Shown: piece after piece, positions 24,601 to 36,391 of the stretch
Numbering within the stretch: position 1 is the first letter of the stretch
Layout of the letters: every line of letters starts with the position of its first letter
NCBI GenBank assembly: GCA_964252035.1
Contig: OZ176205.1
Direction: 5' to 3' (one strand)
From: Podarcis erhardii
Taxonomy: Eukaryota
Length of the DNA stretch: 64,000 nucleotides
Translations under genes and position numbers: made by a program
The notes under the pieces: generated by a model
What the model was told of the DNA's origin: nothing
Seen by the model: only the letters and a program-made list of their open reading frames with translations
Database searches by the model: none

Positions 24601-24705
24601 ACAAATCTATATACATCAGTGCAGGATATTGCTTCAGTTTGTTTGTCATGGACTCCAGTCGAAGTAAACAAAAATGTATGTAAAGCTGCCTTATGGGGTT
24701 AGACT

Positions 24706-24846
24706 CAGGGCTTTTTTTCAGAGGGGGGGGGGCTCACAGGAACTCAATTCCGGCACCTTTCAGGTGGTTGCAATTGCCATTCTAAGAGAACGAGGGAGGT
24801 GTTCATGGTGAGGTCTGGCACCTCTTTTTCTAGAAAAAAAGCACTG
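24706..24846. mobile_element. hAT-type MITE
   Basis: TIRs cagggctttttt / aaaaaaagcactg with approximate TSD ggttagac / ggtcagac. Confidence 0.65.
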
Positions 24847-25004
24847 GGTCAGACCATATCTAGCCCAGCTTCGTCAACTTAGACTGACAGTGGCTTCCCT
24901 AACTGGGAATGCATGGAACTAAACATGGGACTGTGTGATTGCAAATGCATAGCAGTGGCTCTCCAAGGTCGTCTAGTCGCAAAGGCTGGATTTATTGATT
25001 TATA

Positions 25005-25710
25005 CTTTTATCTCTCACATTTTCTTCAAGAAGCTCAAAGTGAATTATTTGGTCGCGCCCCCCCCTACATTTATCCTGCACAACAACCCTGAAAGGTAGG
25101 TTAGATTGTGAAAGAGTGAATGGCTCAGGATCTCACAGTGAGCTTCATGGCTGAGTGAGGATTTGAACCCTAGGATGGTATTCAGCTAAGGGCAGTTCCA
25201 CACCATACATTTAAAGCATGTCCAGTGCACATTTAAAACACAGAAATCCTGAGAATTCTAGTTTCCCCCACAGAGCTATAATTCCCAGTACTCTTAACAG
25301 GCTCCAGTCTCCAGGATTCTTTGGGGAAAGTCATTCATTTTAAATGTATACTGTTGTTGTTGTTTAGTCATTTAGTCGTGTCCGACTCTTCGTGACCCCA
25401 TGGACCAGAGCACGCCAGGCACTCCTGTCTTCCACTGCCTCCCGCAGTTTGGTCAAACTCATGCTAATAGCTTCGAGAACACTGTCCAACCATCTCGTCC
25501 TCTGTTGTCCCCTGCCCCTTGTGCCCTCCATCTTTCCCAGAAATGTATACTGCATGCACTTTAAATGTATGGTGTTGCTCTGCCTTTTATTTTACTCAAG
25601 AGTATACCTAATGAAGTTAATGAAGATGACTAACGTAGATCCACTAATTTTGAAACTTGGCTGAATACCACTCCTGGCCTCCCGAGTCTTAGTTACTCTA
25701 GTCACTATCC
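25005..25710 (-). mobile_element. old MIR-like SINE split by nested TIR elements
   Basis: SINE halves at about 25005-25174 and 25672-25710. TIR pairs at 25175-25190 / 25656-25671 and 25191-25215 / 25557-25582. Confidence 0.55.
25354..25540 (-). mobile_element. RTE-BovB LINE 3' fragment
   Basis: Minus ORF ...RWLDSVLEAISMSLTKLREAVEDRSAWRALVHGVTKSRTRLND matches the BovB C-terminus. (CAA)n tail and 12-bp TSD AAATGTATACTG at 25342-25353 and 25541-25552. Confidence 0.92.
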
Positions 25711-26255
25711 TATGCTAGCTCTATATGCTGTCTCCAAAATAAGAGGTATTATAATGAACAGGAAGAGGAGCAGCGGCAGCAACAAGTTAGACATATTGCA
25801 AGCTCATGTCCTGCTTGTGAGTTTCCCACAGGCATCTGGTGGACCACTCTGGGAAGTGGGATGTTGGACTAGGCATGTTTCAGTCTAACCCAGCAAGACT
25901 CATATGTTCCTAAGGAACAGAACAAAATAATAACTCTCCCAGAGGGCCCTGAAATAGACACACAATTTGTCTTGTATTGTTCTTGCTAATAGCATATAAA
26001 CATTATGTATCATTTACGTAAGAGCCCTGTGAAGAAGATATTCAATGTCTTTGTTATGCTCATTCTGGAACATAGGTGCCTTGGCACCTAAACCCATTTC
26101 TGCTATTTGGGTTTCTTCATCCGTACTGCATCTCATCTGTCAGCGAGAAATGAATTGTTAGAACCTATTGACGCCGCAAGACAAACAAGTATTTGCGTTA
26201 GGCATCTTATGAAATTTAAATATATTTTCCTGTTGGTTTAATGTCTTTATAACAG

Positions 26256-26737
26256 CATGGTGGGCCTCCTTTATCACAAATGAGGAGCTGAAGTGCACTG
26301 CATCCTGACAAACCTTGGAGTTGGTATTAGGATGCAGGTCTGAATACAGTTTTGCTGTTGGGTATTGCTGGCTGCCAGCAATCACCTTTCAGAAGATTGT
26401 AAACTGGGTATATGAGGTATTGCCAGCCTCTGAGGAGCTATATGAGCTTTGGTTCTCACTGTGCATTTAATGAATACTTAGAAATTCCTTTCGTGTTACT
26501 ATGAGGTCAAAGGAAAGGAAGGGTGATTTCCTTGCTTGCCTCAATCACCCTTTGAAAATCTCTGTGAAGTCGGCTAGAATTAGTCCCTATTTGCAGATGA
26601 GCGACTAGAGCTAGAAGGGTAGATTCTCTCAAGGGATTTGAACCCTGATTCAAAGTGAACATTGTGCCCACATCTCGCATGGAAGTTCTCTGGATTAATT
26701 TTGTGCCCTGTAAACAAGCCAGTGTTGGATTCTGAAA
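26256..26737 (+). other. ZHX3: candidate ZHX3 non-coding exon 2 (donor firm, acceptor uncertain)
   Basis: Repeat-free sequence ending in donor AAA|GTAAGT at 26737/26738. Possible acceptors lie before 26256, 26597 or 26634. All + frames contain stops. Confidence 0.55.
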
Positions 26738-28114
26738 GTAAGTAGTTATTGATATTTCCACAATGGTTGCCAACTGGTACATTTTTCTACAGTGACAATT
26801 GGTTGTGTTTAGTGTCTATTTAGAAGTGGCTACTTTTAATAGGTTGCCTGTTTTACAACAGGTTAGAGGCAACAGCTATATAATTTATTAGTAGCTCTTT
26901 TTAACTGTCCTTTATTGCTAACTTTAATATTGTTGGGTTTTTTGGTAAACCTCTTTAAGGTCTGTTAAATAAGCAAATCTATTTTACTTAGACTGGGAAC
27001 AATTATACCCCTCATTTATTGGGTAAGGTTAGTTAGAACAGGAGCAGAAAAGTGAACCCAACACTTCAGAAAGTTTATTAAAAAATTTAGGATTGTGATT
27101 GATTGGAATGAGAATTTTCTTTATTGGACCAATGCTTCTATTGGGCTAAGAATATACAAAACCTTTTACCTGCTGAAGCACTGTGTTTAGTTAAAAAGTT
27201 GGTGAGAAACTCAACAAGAAAAATGTTTCTTGTAGAATATCAGGATGTTCATTCTTGCTTCATCAGTGTCAAGCACCTAGTAGGCTACATACACAACTGT
27301 TGGGCTGCAGTTGGTTTTGTGGATCCCATAGGTATTATTGAGAAGTTTAGAATCTCAGAACTCTCAGCATGAAATAAGCCCATTTTATTGAACACCAGAT
27401 AGCCACTGTAGAAGTGTGAACCTTTAAGCGAGAGAGGTGCCTTTACTTTTCTCCAGCACAGTTGAAAGCAAGTGTGTTCAGGTAGACAATGAAATATTAA
27501 AGGCACCAGCTATGACAGCAATAAGGCCTGATTCAGAAAATCACTGGCGTGGGTCACCTACAGGCAGCACCACATGGAACAATATGTTTATTTGTGAAGC
27601 GGCCACATTTTCACCGTGACATTGCGAGCCTTCCATACATCTTGCTTTTAGTTACTTGTTCATTTCATTGTTGGCAAAAGCGTCTTCCCAAACAGAGTTA
27701 CCTCATTTCTCGGAAATATGGGTTTGTTTTACTCCTCACATTGGAGTTAGTTTGCTCTGAAGATGTTTGTACACCTTTGTGGCAACACCAAAGCTTTGGT
27801 GGTACTGGAAAAATACTAGACACCAGAGAAAAGTGCGTAGGAAAGTTTTTTCCAGAAAAATTTCAGCCCAGCTAAAGGACAGATACCTAAAACTTGTCAT
27901 CTAGCTCTTGTCATCTAAAACCAGGCATGACTTACTTATTTTAAGGAATAGAAAAAAACATTGTACTATGGGTCCATATGCACACTTATGGTGATGGATT
28001 TATATTCATTAGATTTTTCCCTTCCAGAAATATAAACAAAATCCAATAAGGTGAGTTGAAGTTGCCTGGAAGTATTTCTTATGCTCAACAATAATCATTG
28101 TGAGCACAGTAGAA

Positions 28115-28515
28115 TATTACTATTGTTTATTAAATTTGTATACCACCTGAAGATCACAGGATTGTTCACAACATAAAAATACCAAATGAAAACACAAAAT
28201 ACATAAGAAAACAGAAACAAACCAGTAAGCCTCCCCCCCACACACATTTAAAAAGCCATAAAATGTTAAACAGCCAAAGGCCTGGTAATGGAGAAGAGTT
28301 TTCACCTGCTGCCTGAATATATGTAATGACGACTTCAGGAGCTCCTCACTGGGGAGAGCATTCCACAAGTGGGGAGCCACCACAGAAAAGGCCTGTTTGT
28401 GTGTTGCTGCCCTCTGGGCTTCTTGTGAATGGGGCACAAAAAGAAGGTCCCCGGTGTTGATCGCAGGGTCAGGTTCTGTTCATATGGGGAGAGGCGGTCC
28501 TTGAGGTAATGTTGC
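28115..28515 (-). mobile_element. L2 LINE 3' fragment
   Basis: Minus ORF 28120-28437 QAFSVVAPHLWNALP...IFRQQVKTLL. Confidence 0.8.
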
Positions 28516-28599
28516 AAGATGCATTGACATCTGTTTCTGAATTCTTGTTTCTTTACATATTTGTGTTTGAAAATGGTTAACAAAATAGCCAATGTATTG

Positions 28600-28795
28600 A
28601 AAGAGGGCTAATTTGGAATGGGCTCTAGCAGTAGAGCATTTGCATTGCATGCAAAATATTGTGGTTTAATTCACAGCAGCTCCAGGTAGGTTTTGGGGGA
28701 CCCTTGTCTAAAACTCTGGGTGGTGGTGCCAGTCGGTACTGAGCTGTATGAACTCAGCCACCTGAGTTATATGAAAGCAGCCACCTGTGTTCTCA
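28600..28795 (+). mobile_element. old tRNA-Ala SINE (Squam2-like)
   Basis: cagtagagcatttgcattgcatgcaaaa...ctccaggtagg...gtactgagct. Confidence 0.55.
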
Positions 28796-29974
28796 GCCTT
28801 TTAGTTCTCTTATCAGTTTGTTGCTTTTTCTCCCTTTTTAAAAAAATCATCCTTTTGGTGCAGCCAAGAATGGTTGTGCTAGTCTGAATAGTTCATTAGC
28901 AGTAACCCTCTTTTTTTGTCCCTCCTCTTTCCATGTTTACTGAAAATGTGATGCCAATTTAACGTTCTCCTGCTGTGCAGGAGTTTGGGGCATTTTTTAA
29001 TTGCAGCAGGAGCAGGTGTGGTCAGACCTAGGTTCAGAGGCTCTGTTTTAAGTTTCATTTTACTTGTGATCAGTCAAATTAACCGCACTGTTCTAGCTGT
29101 GGGAACAAGAAGCAAGCATTATCTCTAGTGTGATATTAATCTTCCTGCCTGCTATTTTGATATACAAGTCTAAACCACACTCTCTTTCTGTATTAACAGT
29201 GCTGCTTACTACTACTTCCTGGGCACTGTTTTTTTAAAAAATTATATAAAAAAAGTGATGTCTGTAGCTTGTCTTCTAAGTTCAAGGGGCAGAGCTGCTA
29301 ATATTTGGGTTAAAGAATTTGTAAGAAAATGAAATCGCCTTGGGAAGCATGGAGGCAACATGGAATGTTTTATTTTCTTCTGAGTCAATAATGACTCAAA
29401 TGTTCTAGCCCTGTGCTGCAGTCTTGGTGTGCTAATACTGAGCCATCTGGCTCATAACAAGCTTCAAAACTAAGATATTAAACACTTCCAGATTTGTTAG
29501 TTCTCTTTTGAGAATAGTCATTAGTAGGACTGATTTTCCTAACACTTTTGAATTTTGCGTACCTCATGAGATGGCTTGTATTTTGGGCTATCTTTTTGTT
29601 TACAGTCTAGTGTTTGAAAAGGAAGCAGATAAGATTTGCAAGAGTTCAGATGTAGACTGGATTGACTTGCCAGAGTTCAGAAGTTCAGCATTGGAAAAGG
29701 GAGTTATTGTTTTGTTGTTTCTGTTTTAACTATTTGTGTTTTTATATTGTGAACAGCCCTGAGAGCTTCTGATGAAGGGTGGAATGTCAGACTAATAAAT
29801 AAAATAAATATATAAAAATAAGTGTTTCCTGACTATCTGGTTAGTTTATCTAAGGGCACGACAACATTTTATGATAGAGCTTCCACTGGGTACCTGTAAA
29901 TCAATTTGCCAGCAGTAATTGGAGTGGATTCTATGGCCATTCCAATGTTAAGTCAAACCTAAACTGTCAGTTCA

Positions 29975-30122
29975 CAGGTAGCTGCTGCCTTATGCTGAGT
30001 CAGACCACAGGTTGATCTAGCTCAAAATTGTCTACTGTGAGGCAGGAACTGTTTCCAACCAGGAGAGGCCAAGGATTGAACCAAAGACCTTACGCATGCA
30101 GAGTAGATCTCTACTACTGAAT
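29975..30122 (-). mobile_element. old tRNA-Ala SINE (Squam2-like)
   Basis: Reverse complement of head and body, gattgaacc...catgcagagtagatctctactactga. Confidence 0.55.
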
Positions 30123-30713
30123 TGTTTGCTTGTGTTGCATTCACTAAAGATTAGTCTAGCATTCTGAAACATGCACGGATTCTGTCAGAAAGCTAAGACT
30201 CTAATGCTTCAGATTCATTATCATCATGACATGACAATTCTGTCACTGACAGATGTTGCTGAGATTACTTCCCGTATTTTCAAATATCAGGTTGTGGTCT
30301 AGGGGGCATATGCCGACAATTACCCTCAAGTTTCTTGCTGGCATCAGATTGCAAAACTCTTTTACGAATGCGGCATTAACAGAGGGCTGTGCACACACCA
30401 GGGCAATAATATGTATGTGGATTGCTGTTCCATTGTGTGCAGTTGTGCAACTTTGTTCACACACAAGTGCTTTCAATTTTATGCCTCTGAAATCGGTCTT
30501 GATGTTTCCTGACCACACTAGTGGGTGGTCCTTCATGGAATTTATTTGTTCTGTATTCTGTTGTCCTCTCCCATCAAGTAGTATTTTCCTGTCATCCATA
30601 AGTTCCGGAAACCTGTCCAGCTGTGGCCATGCACACACATATTTGCTTGTCCTTGCAACAGCACCTTTTACATTTTTTTAAATTTTTATTTTTGAAGAAC
30701 AAGTTTTTTAGTA

Positions 30714-30954
30714 CAGTGGTACCTCGGTTTACAAACTTAATCTGTTCCAGAAGTCCGTTCTTAAACCGAAACCGTTCTTAAACTGAGGTGCGCTTTCCCT
30801 AATGAGGCTTCCCGCCACCGGTGCCCTTCCACCATTCAGATTCCATTCTTAGACCGAGGTAATGTTCGCAAACCGGGACACTACTTCTGGTTTTGCGTAG
30901 TTCATAAACCGAATTGTTCATAAACAGGACTGTTCTTAAACCGAGGTACCACTA
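30714..30954. mobile_element. Tc1/mariner pogo/Tigger-type MITE, family B
   Basis: TIRs CAGTGGTACCTCGGTTT / AAACCGAGGTACCACT(A) with TA flanks. Confidence 0.85.
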
Positions 30955-31083
30955 TATGCCAGATTTGCACAAAAGAGCAGTCAGAAATAATGATAATAAA
31001 TACACTTCCATCTCTCCAAGTGCCATGGACCCCTCGGCTCCATCAGAAGCAGGAATGCTTTGGCAGATTCAGATGGGCCGGTA

Positions 31084-31334
31084 GGAGAGCCAGTGTGGTG
31101 TGGTGTGGTGGTGAAGAGCGGTAGTCTCGTAATCTGGGGAACCAGGTTCGCGTCTCTGCTCCTCCACATGCAGCTGCTGGGTGACCTTGGGCCAGTCACA
31201 CTTCTTTGAAGTCTCTCAGCCCCACTCACCTCACAGAGTGTTTGTTGTGAGGGAGGAAGGGAAAGGAGAATGTTAGCCGCTTTGAGACTCCTGAAGGGGA
31301 GTGAAAGGTGGGATATCAAATCCAAACGCTTCTT
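31084..31334 (+). mobile_element. Squam3-like SINE
   Basis: Head ggagagccagtgtggtg, core gggtgaccttgggccagtcac, end gatatcaaatccaaac..cttctt. Confidence 0.87.
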
Positions 31335-31806
31335 AGGAAGGCAGAGAAGATGGTGTGGTGCTGAAAAATTGAGACCCAGGGTTGGAGGAGAGAGGTCCTT
31401 CCCATGTGATTCTAGACGTCAGAGGATGGATGATGGGGGTGGAGATGCTCCTTCAGGTATACAAAACAACACCCTAATATTGACGGTGGGGGAGGAATCT
31501 GAGCAAGGAGGAGTGCCTGTGTGTATTCTAGGAGCTCTACTGAGCAATGAATTACTGCAGCCAACCTAGGAGCTTTTCACTTTATTGATGTTATGAATTC
31601 CCTTCTGTGTAGAGCCATACCCATTTAATTTATATGACAGTACAGTGAAATACAGACAGACGTCTTTGTATACCTGCTAGGATGGGAAATGCAAACCAAA
31701 TATACAATACTTTATTTAGCATAGTTCAGCTGAAGTACACAAGTGATAATTGTTTGCAAGAGTGTAATACTCAAATTGCTTTTCAGTATTATTTTGTATT
31801 GAATTA

Positions 31807-32013
31807 CAGTGGTACTTCAAGTTACATACGCTTCAGGTTACAGACTCCGCTAACCCAGAAATAGTGCTTCGGGTTAAGAACAGAAATCGTGCTCTGGCGG
31901 CGTGGTGGCAGCAGGAGGCCCCATTAGCTAAAGTGGTGCTTCAGGTTAAGAACAGTTTCAGGTTAAGAACGGACCTCCAGAACGAATTAAGTACTTAACC
32001 CGAGGTACCACTG
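31807..32013. mobile_element. pogo/Tigger-type MITE, family A (internal deletion)
   Basis: TIR CAGTGGTAC... / ...GAGGTACCACTG with TA TSD. Inverted relative to the copy at 34177. Confidence 0.9.
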
Positions 32014-32068
32014 TATTAGGAATTTTGATTACAGATCACTCACTCCCCCCACCCTGGTGAATAGGAAC

Positions 32069-32669
32069 ATCTTTTTTTCTCAGTTTTTCCAATTTTATTT
32101 CTACTTTTCAAGTTTATACATTTCACTAGTTTTATACATTTCACTAATTTTACAATCGTTTTAACATTTCAAAACTTGACATCCTTCCTCCTCTTTCTGC
32201 AGTTCCTTAAATTTATTTTTAATATCCTCTGCATATCCAAATTAACTTAATTTGCTCATTTATTCATCTACTTTAAATATATACTCTTATAAAACTGCAG
32301 GTTATTACAATAATCATGCCAATGATCTTATCTGTTTACAATTTATCTGTAAATATTCTATAAACCATTTCTATTCTTTCATAAAAAGTTTATAAAAGAA
32401 GGCAGAGGGCCTTCACAGTAGTGGCACCTGCCCTGTGGAATGCCCTCTCACTAGATGTCAAAGAAAAAACAACTGCCAAAGTTTTAGAAGACATCTGAAG
32501 GCAGCCCTGTTTTGGGAAGCTTTTAATATCTGAAGAACTATTGTATTTTAATATTTTGTTGGAAGCCGCCCAGAGTGGCTGGGGAAACCCAGCCAGATGG
32601 GCGGCGTATAAATAATAAATTATTGTTGTTATTGTTATTGTTTTATTGTTATCTTGATTTCTTATTCTT
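32069..32669 (-). mobile_element. L1-like 3' fragment interrupted by an L2 fragment
   Basis: 15-bp TSD CTGGTGAATAGGAAC at 32054-32068 and 32670-32684. The minus translation RIRNQ...KLFMKE*KWFIEYLQ is split by the L2. Confidence 0.8.
32398..32650 (+). mobile_element. L2 LINE 3' fragment
   Basis: Close match to 8095-8350 (agggccttc...gtggcacc...tggaatgccct...gtataaataataaat). Confidence 0.87.
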
Positions 32670-33194
32670 CTGGTGAATAGGAACTTCCATGACTGTGAAT
32701 AACAGAAAGTTTCTCTAGGTTCTAAAATAAAGCTAGACATTTGACCGAGAGTGACTGCCTGCATTTGCTATCATCTTGTGCTTGATATTTGCTGAGGACC
32801 ATCAAGCTAAACCAACTTATTCCCGAGACAGAATTGTGTTTAATAATCAGATTCCACGTACCTGTCCTTTTTAACCTCTTAAAAGTACTGGGGAACGAAT
32901 ACCCAAGAGTCACCCCCTGTAAAATACTTTATCTATTGCCTGGTAACCTTATGAGGGGGAACTGAATGCCACTTTCTCCCCCCCCATCACTGATTATGTC
33001 AGATGTACCCCATTCCAAAGGGCCCTGTACCCCAGAGCTGCTTCAAGACTGTCAGCGATGGTGGGCACTGTCTTTTTTTAGAAGACAAGCTAAATATAGA
33101 TGTAACTAGCATACCACAGCACAGTGAACATCGGTCTTAAATTTGTATATGGGAAGCTGAATTTGGGCTTTTAAAATTATAAATTGATGAAGTA

Positions 33195-33416
33195 CAGTGG
33201 TACCTCTGGTTGCGAATGGGATCCATTCCAGACGCCCGTTCGCAACATGAAAAGCCGGCAACGTCAAGCGCTGTATCTGCGCATGCGCTATTTAGCACTT
33301 CTGTGCATGTGCAAGTGGCGAAACCTGAAAGTAACCCTTTCCGGTGCTTCTGGGTTGCTGCCGGACGCAACCTGAAAAAACGTAACATGAAGCAAACGCA
33401 ATATGAGGTATGACTG
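33195..33416. mobile_element. pogo/Tigger-type MITE, family C
   Basis: Termini CAGTGGTACCTC / GAGGTATGACTG with TA TSD. Confidence 0.82.
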
Positions 33417-34176
33417 TATAGTTATGGTGTAATATATTAACATTGAAGAAGCTTATGTATTTCTTTTTTTGGGGGGGGGAGTAAATTCTCTTTGAACCTG
33501 TGAAGGAGACATGAGCAAATGGAGTGTGTGGTTTGTTCATAGGAAACCTCATGTAGATTAAGGCAGGTCATGTCCACATGAACATTTGCCTCAGGTTCAC
33601 AGCCCTTTGACACATTTCAAATGTTGTTGCCACAAAGGGCACAACCAGGAAAGCCAGGAATATGAGATGCACCAAAGGTAGCAGCTGGCGTCGGTGTGTC
33701 CGCACAGCCAAATAACACCTAAAAGCAATAGGTGACTAAGCCTATTGCTCTTTAAAATAAGGGGGGAAACCAGGGGGAGGCAAGCTAAAAACACCTTCGT
33801 ATTAGTGGTCAAGCAAGATCAGCTGAGGGGAGTAAACAAGGTGACTATTTTTTTATTAACAAAATAAGTCAGCTGTTTGAGATCATGTTGTGAACTGCCT
33901 TGCCTACAAAGTTTCCTTTACTTTCTGCAGTAACTCTTTCATGCAGTCCAAACACCTTTAGTAAGAAGCCTGTAATTATCTGCAGTTGCTTAGGTTTCTA
34001 GAACAAATAAAGGTGACCTTGCTCAGAATGGGTATGGGTGTGTGTGTGTAGAGTCCATAGCCAGAAAATATAAAGTGTCTCCTCTTAATGGAGAGTCAAT
34101 TAAACTGACCTAGAGCCAGATTACTGATGTGAATACTTTAGGCTAGGGGCTATCACTTGAAGAGACTTACTGTCTA

Positions 34177-34418
34177 CAGTGGTACCTCGGGTTAAGAACT
34201 TAATTCATTCTGGCGGTCCGTTCTTAACCTGAAACTGTTCTTAACCTGAGGTACCACTTTAGCTAATGGGGCCTCCTGCTGCTGCCGCGCCGCCGGAACA
34301 CAATTTCTGTTCTCATCCTGAAGCAAAGTTCTTAACCCGAGGTACTATTTCTGGGTTAGCGGAGTCTGTAACCTGAAGCGTCTGTAACCTGAAGCATCTG
34401 TAACCCGAGGTACCACTG
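34177..34418. mobile_element. pogo/Tigger-type MITE, family A
   Basis: TIRs CAGTGGTACCTCGGGTTA / TAACCCGAGGTACCACTG. Left flank is TA, right flank is AA. Confidence 0.92.
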
Positions 34419-34707
34419 AACAACAAATTAGGAAACATAAGCATATTTATTGAACAAAAGCAGACCTTTGGCCAGGGCTCATTTGTGCATGTAGGTTTCC
34501 TCATATGTGGATCACTGCCTTTGGTTATATTTATGTAATACCCTGCCTTTTCAAGTATTTCGGCCTGTTTCACATGTAATGGTAAACCTAACCATGGCTT
34601 AGTATGAATTAGCAAACATGCAGGCTCTTGGAGAGGAGAACATGACAGCTTTTCTCCTCCCCAGTCATTCTGCTGTTGCACATAGCTAAACTATGGGTTG
34701 TTTAATC

Positions 34708-34844
34708 CAGGCTTCCTCAACCTCGGCCCTCCAGACTTTTTTTGGCCTACAACTCCCATGATCCCTAGCTAGCAGGACCAGTGGTCAGGGATGATGGGAA
34801 TTGTAGTCTCAAAACATCTGGGGGGCCGAGGTTGAGGAAGCCTG
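34708..34844. mobile_element. hairpin hAT MITE
   Basis: TIRs caggcttcctcaacctcggccc / gggccgaggttgaggaagcctg with TSD gtttaatc / ccttaatc (6 of 8 match). Confidence 0.82.
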
Positions 34845-35157
34845 CCTTAATCCACTTCTGGGTTTGTGGTTTAGCTCTCTCCAGACCAAACCATGAGCTG
34901 CAACTCAGGTTTGTGAAATAACTGCAGATCAGTTGCCTTTAAATATAGAGAGGAGATGCAGCCAGATCTGGGTGGACCATGTTACTAATGTTGCTAATTT
35001 CCCCCATAACTTTAGTCCAAAAAGCTGTCCAAGGGCAGGTCCACCATAGGTACCAATAAGTCCCTATGGCTCTACAGTGCCACCAGTAGGATGTATTCCT
35101 TGAGTTTTGAATAAGTATCATTCACTCAGGTGAAAATTCATGAACAATTTTCATGGA

Positions 35158-35265
35158 CAAAACAAAACAAATTCCTTCCAGTAGCACCTTAAAGACCAAC
35201 TAAGTCAGTTCTTGGTATGAGCTTTCGTGTGCATGCACACTTCTTCAGATACACCTTCTTCAGAT
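35158..35265 (-). mobile_element. Penelope-derived mini-element
   Basis: 97 bp (35159-35255) identical to 36298-36394. 14-bp TSD ACAATTTTCATGGA at 35144-35157 and 35266-35279, with a short terminal duplication of ttcttcagatac. Confidence 0.82.
35215..35252 (-). ncRNA. minimal type I hammerhead ribozyme motif
   Basis: Minus strand reads GUAU-CUGAAGA-A-GUGUG(CAUG)CACAC-GAAA-GC-UC/AUAC: complete core, stem II, 4-bp stem I and palindromic AGCU stem III. Activity untested. Confidence 0.75.
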
Positions 35266-36298
35266 ACAATTTTCATGGAGTTTTCTTTTAGACTAAATAG
35301 AATGGTTTCATGGACCAGAGTTTATCAATGGGAAGCAACCCTGAAGTTCATTTGGGTGGGGAGGAATGAAGCTTACTAGAAACCTTATTTATTTATTTTT
35401 TTGTGCTAGGGCAGGTCCCAAATCATGTACACATTTATACAAATATGTAATTCATTATCCTCTTTTCAGCAGAAATGTTACTCTTGGATCCAAGTAAGCA
35501 CAAACTTATTTCACAGTCCAGAATCTTCCTCTTCTGTCCTCCCCCTCAGTTTTTATTGGCACAATGCAAAATTTTATATTGTTGAAAATTACAAAGTAGT
35601 TTTCAAATTATGCTATTGGGTGCAAACTCTCTGGAACATTCCCTAGAGGGGATAGGATTGTGGAATGAAACATCTGCATGTTTTAAAGCTGTGGAGAAAA
35701 ATAACTGTCCCCTCTTTCCCCATCCACACCCATTTCTTTAGAAAACAAATTTGGATAGATTTAAGCCATAGCCCTCAAAACAAAACTTTCCATATTTAAG
35801 ATAAAATATTTCAAACAGCTTTCTTCTTGCATTTTCAAGAAAAGCTATTGATTTTTAAAATTTATTTTAATATTGCCATTTGTGGGCTATTATTTTAAAA
35901 TGGAAATTTTCCCCTTCTTCCCAAAGTTCTTGTTTTTAGCCTGTAAATTTCTGAGTAGGGAAGAAATACTCTCTGCCTTGCCAGGCAAAAGAGTTTGGTC
36001 TGAAGTTATAAGATCAAGTGCAGGTCAAGTTTTCTGCCACACAAGCAAGAGTTTAAAGAGAAGGCAAAGTGATTGAATTTCCCACTGATGAGAACAAATG
36101 ATATGTTAATTCTGAGACAAAAGGAATGTGGTGTACTTTGCTGCTGTATATGTGAATTGACCTTCCTTTCCACAGCTGTTCATCTGCCTCCCTTTGAAGC
36201 TAAGAAACTGCATTTCTAAGCCTAGTATCCAAAGGAAAACTGCTTGTTTTCTGAAAATTGCAAATGCAATTTCTGCTAAGTTTTACTTCACCAAATTA

Positions 36299-36390
36299 AA
36301 ACAAAACAAATTCCTTCCAGTAGCACCTTAAAGACCAACTAAGTCAGTTCTTGGTATGAGCTTTCGTGTGCATGCACACTTCTTCAGATA
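36299..36390 (-). mobile_element. Penelope-derived mini-element
   Basis: Identical to the copy at 35159. 10-bp TSD CACCAAATTA at 36289-36298 and 36391-36400. Confidence 0.82.
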
Positions 36391-36391
36391 C
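36354..36391 (-). ncRNA. minimal type I hammerhead ribozyme motif
   Basis: Same sequence as 35215-35252. Confidence 0.75.

Noticed and set aside
26158-26782. Two minus-strand ORFs (91 and 75 aa) as a hidden antisense gene
   Set aside because: They are in different frames, separated by stops, and have no recognisable domain or splice signals joining them.
35266-36298. The 1.1-kb interval between the hammerhead copies as one LTR-type retrozyme
   Set aside because: Each copy has its own TSD and no TSD flanks the pair, so they are separate insertions.
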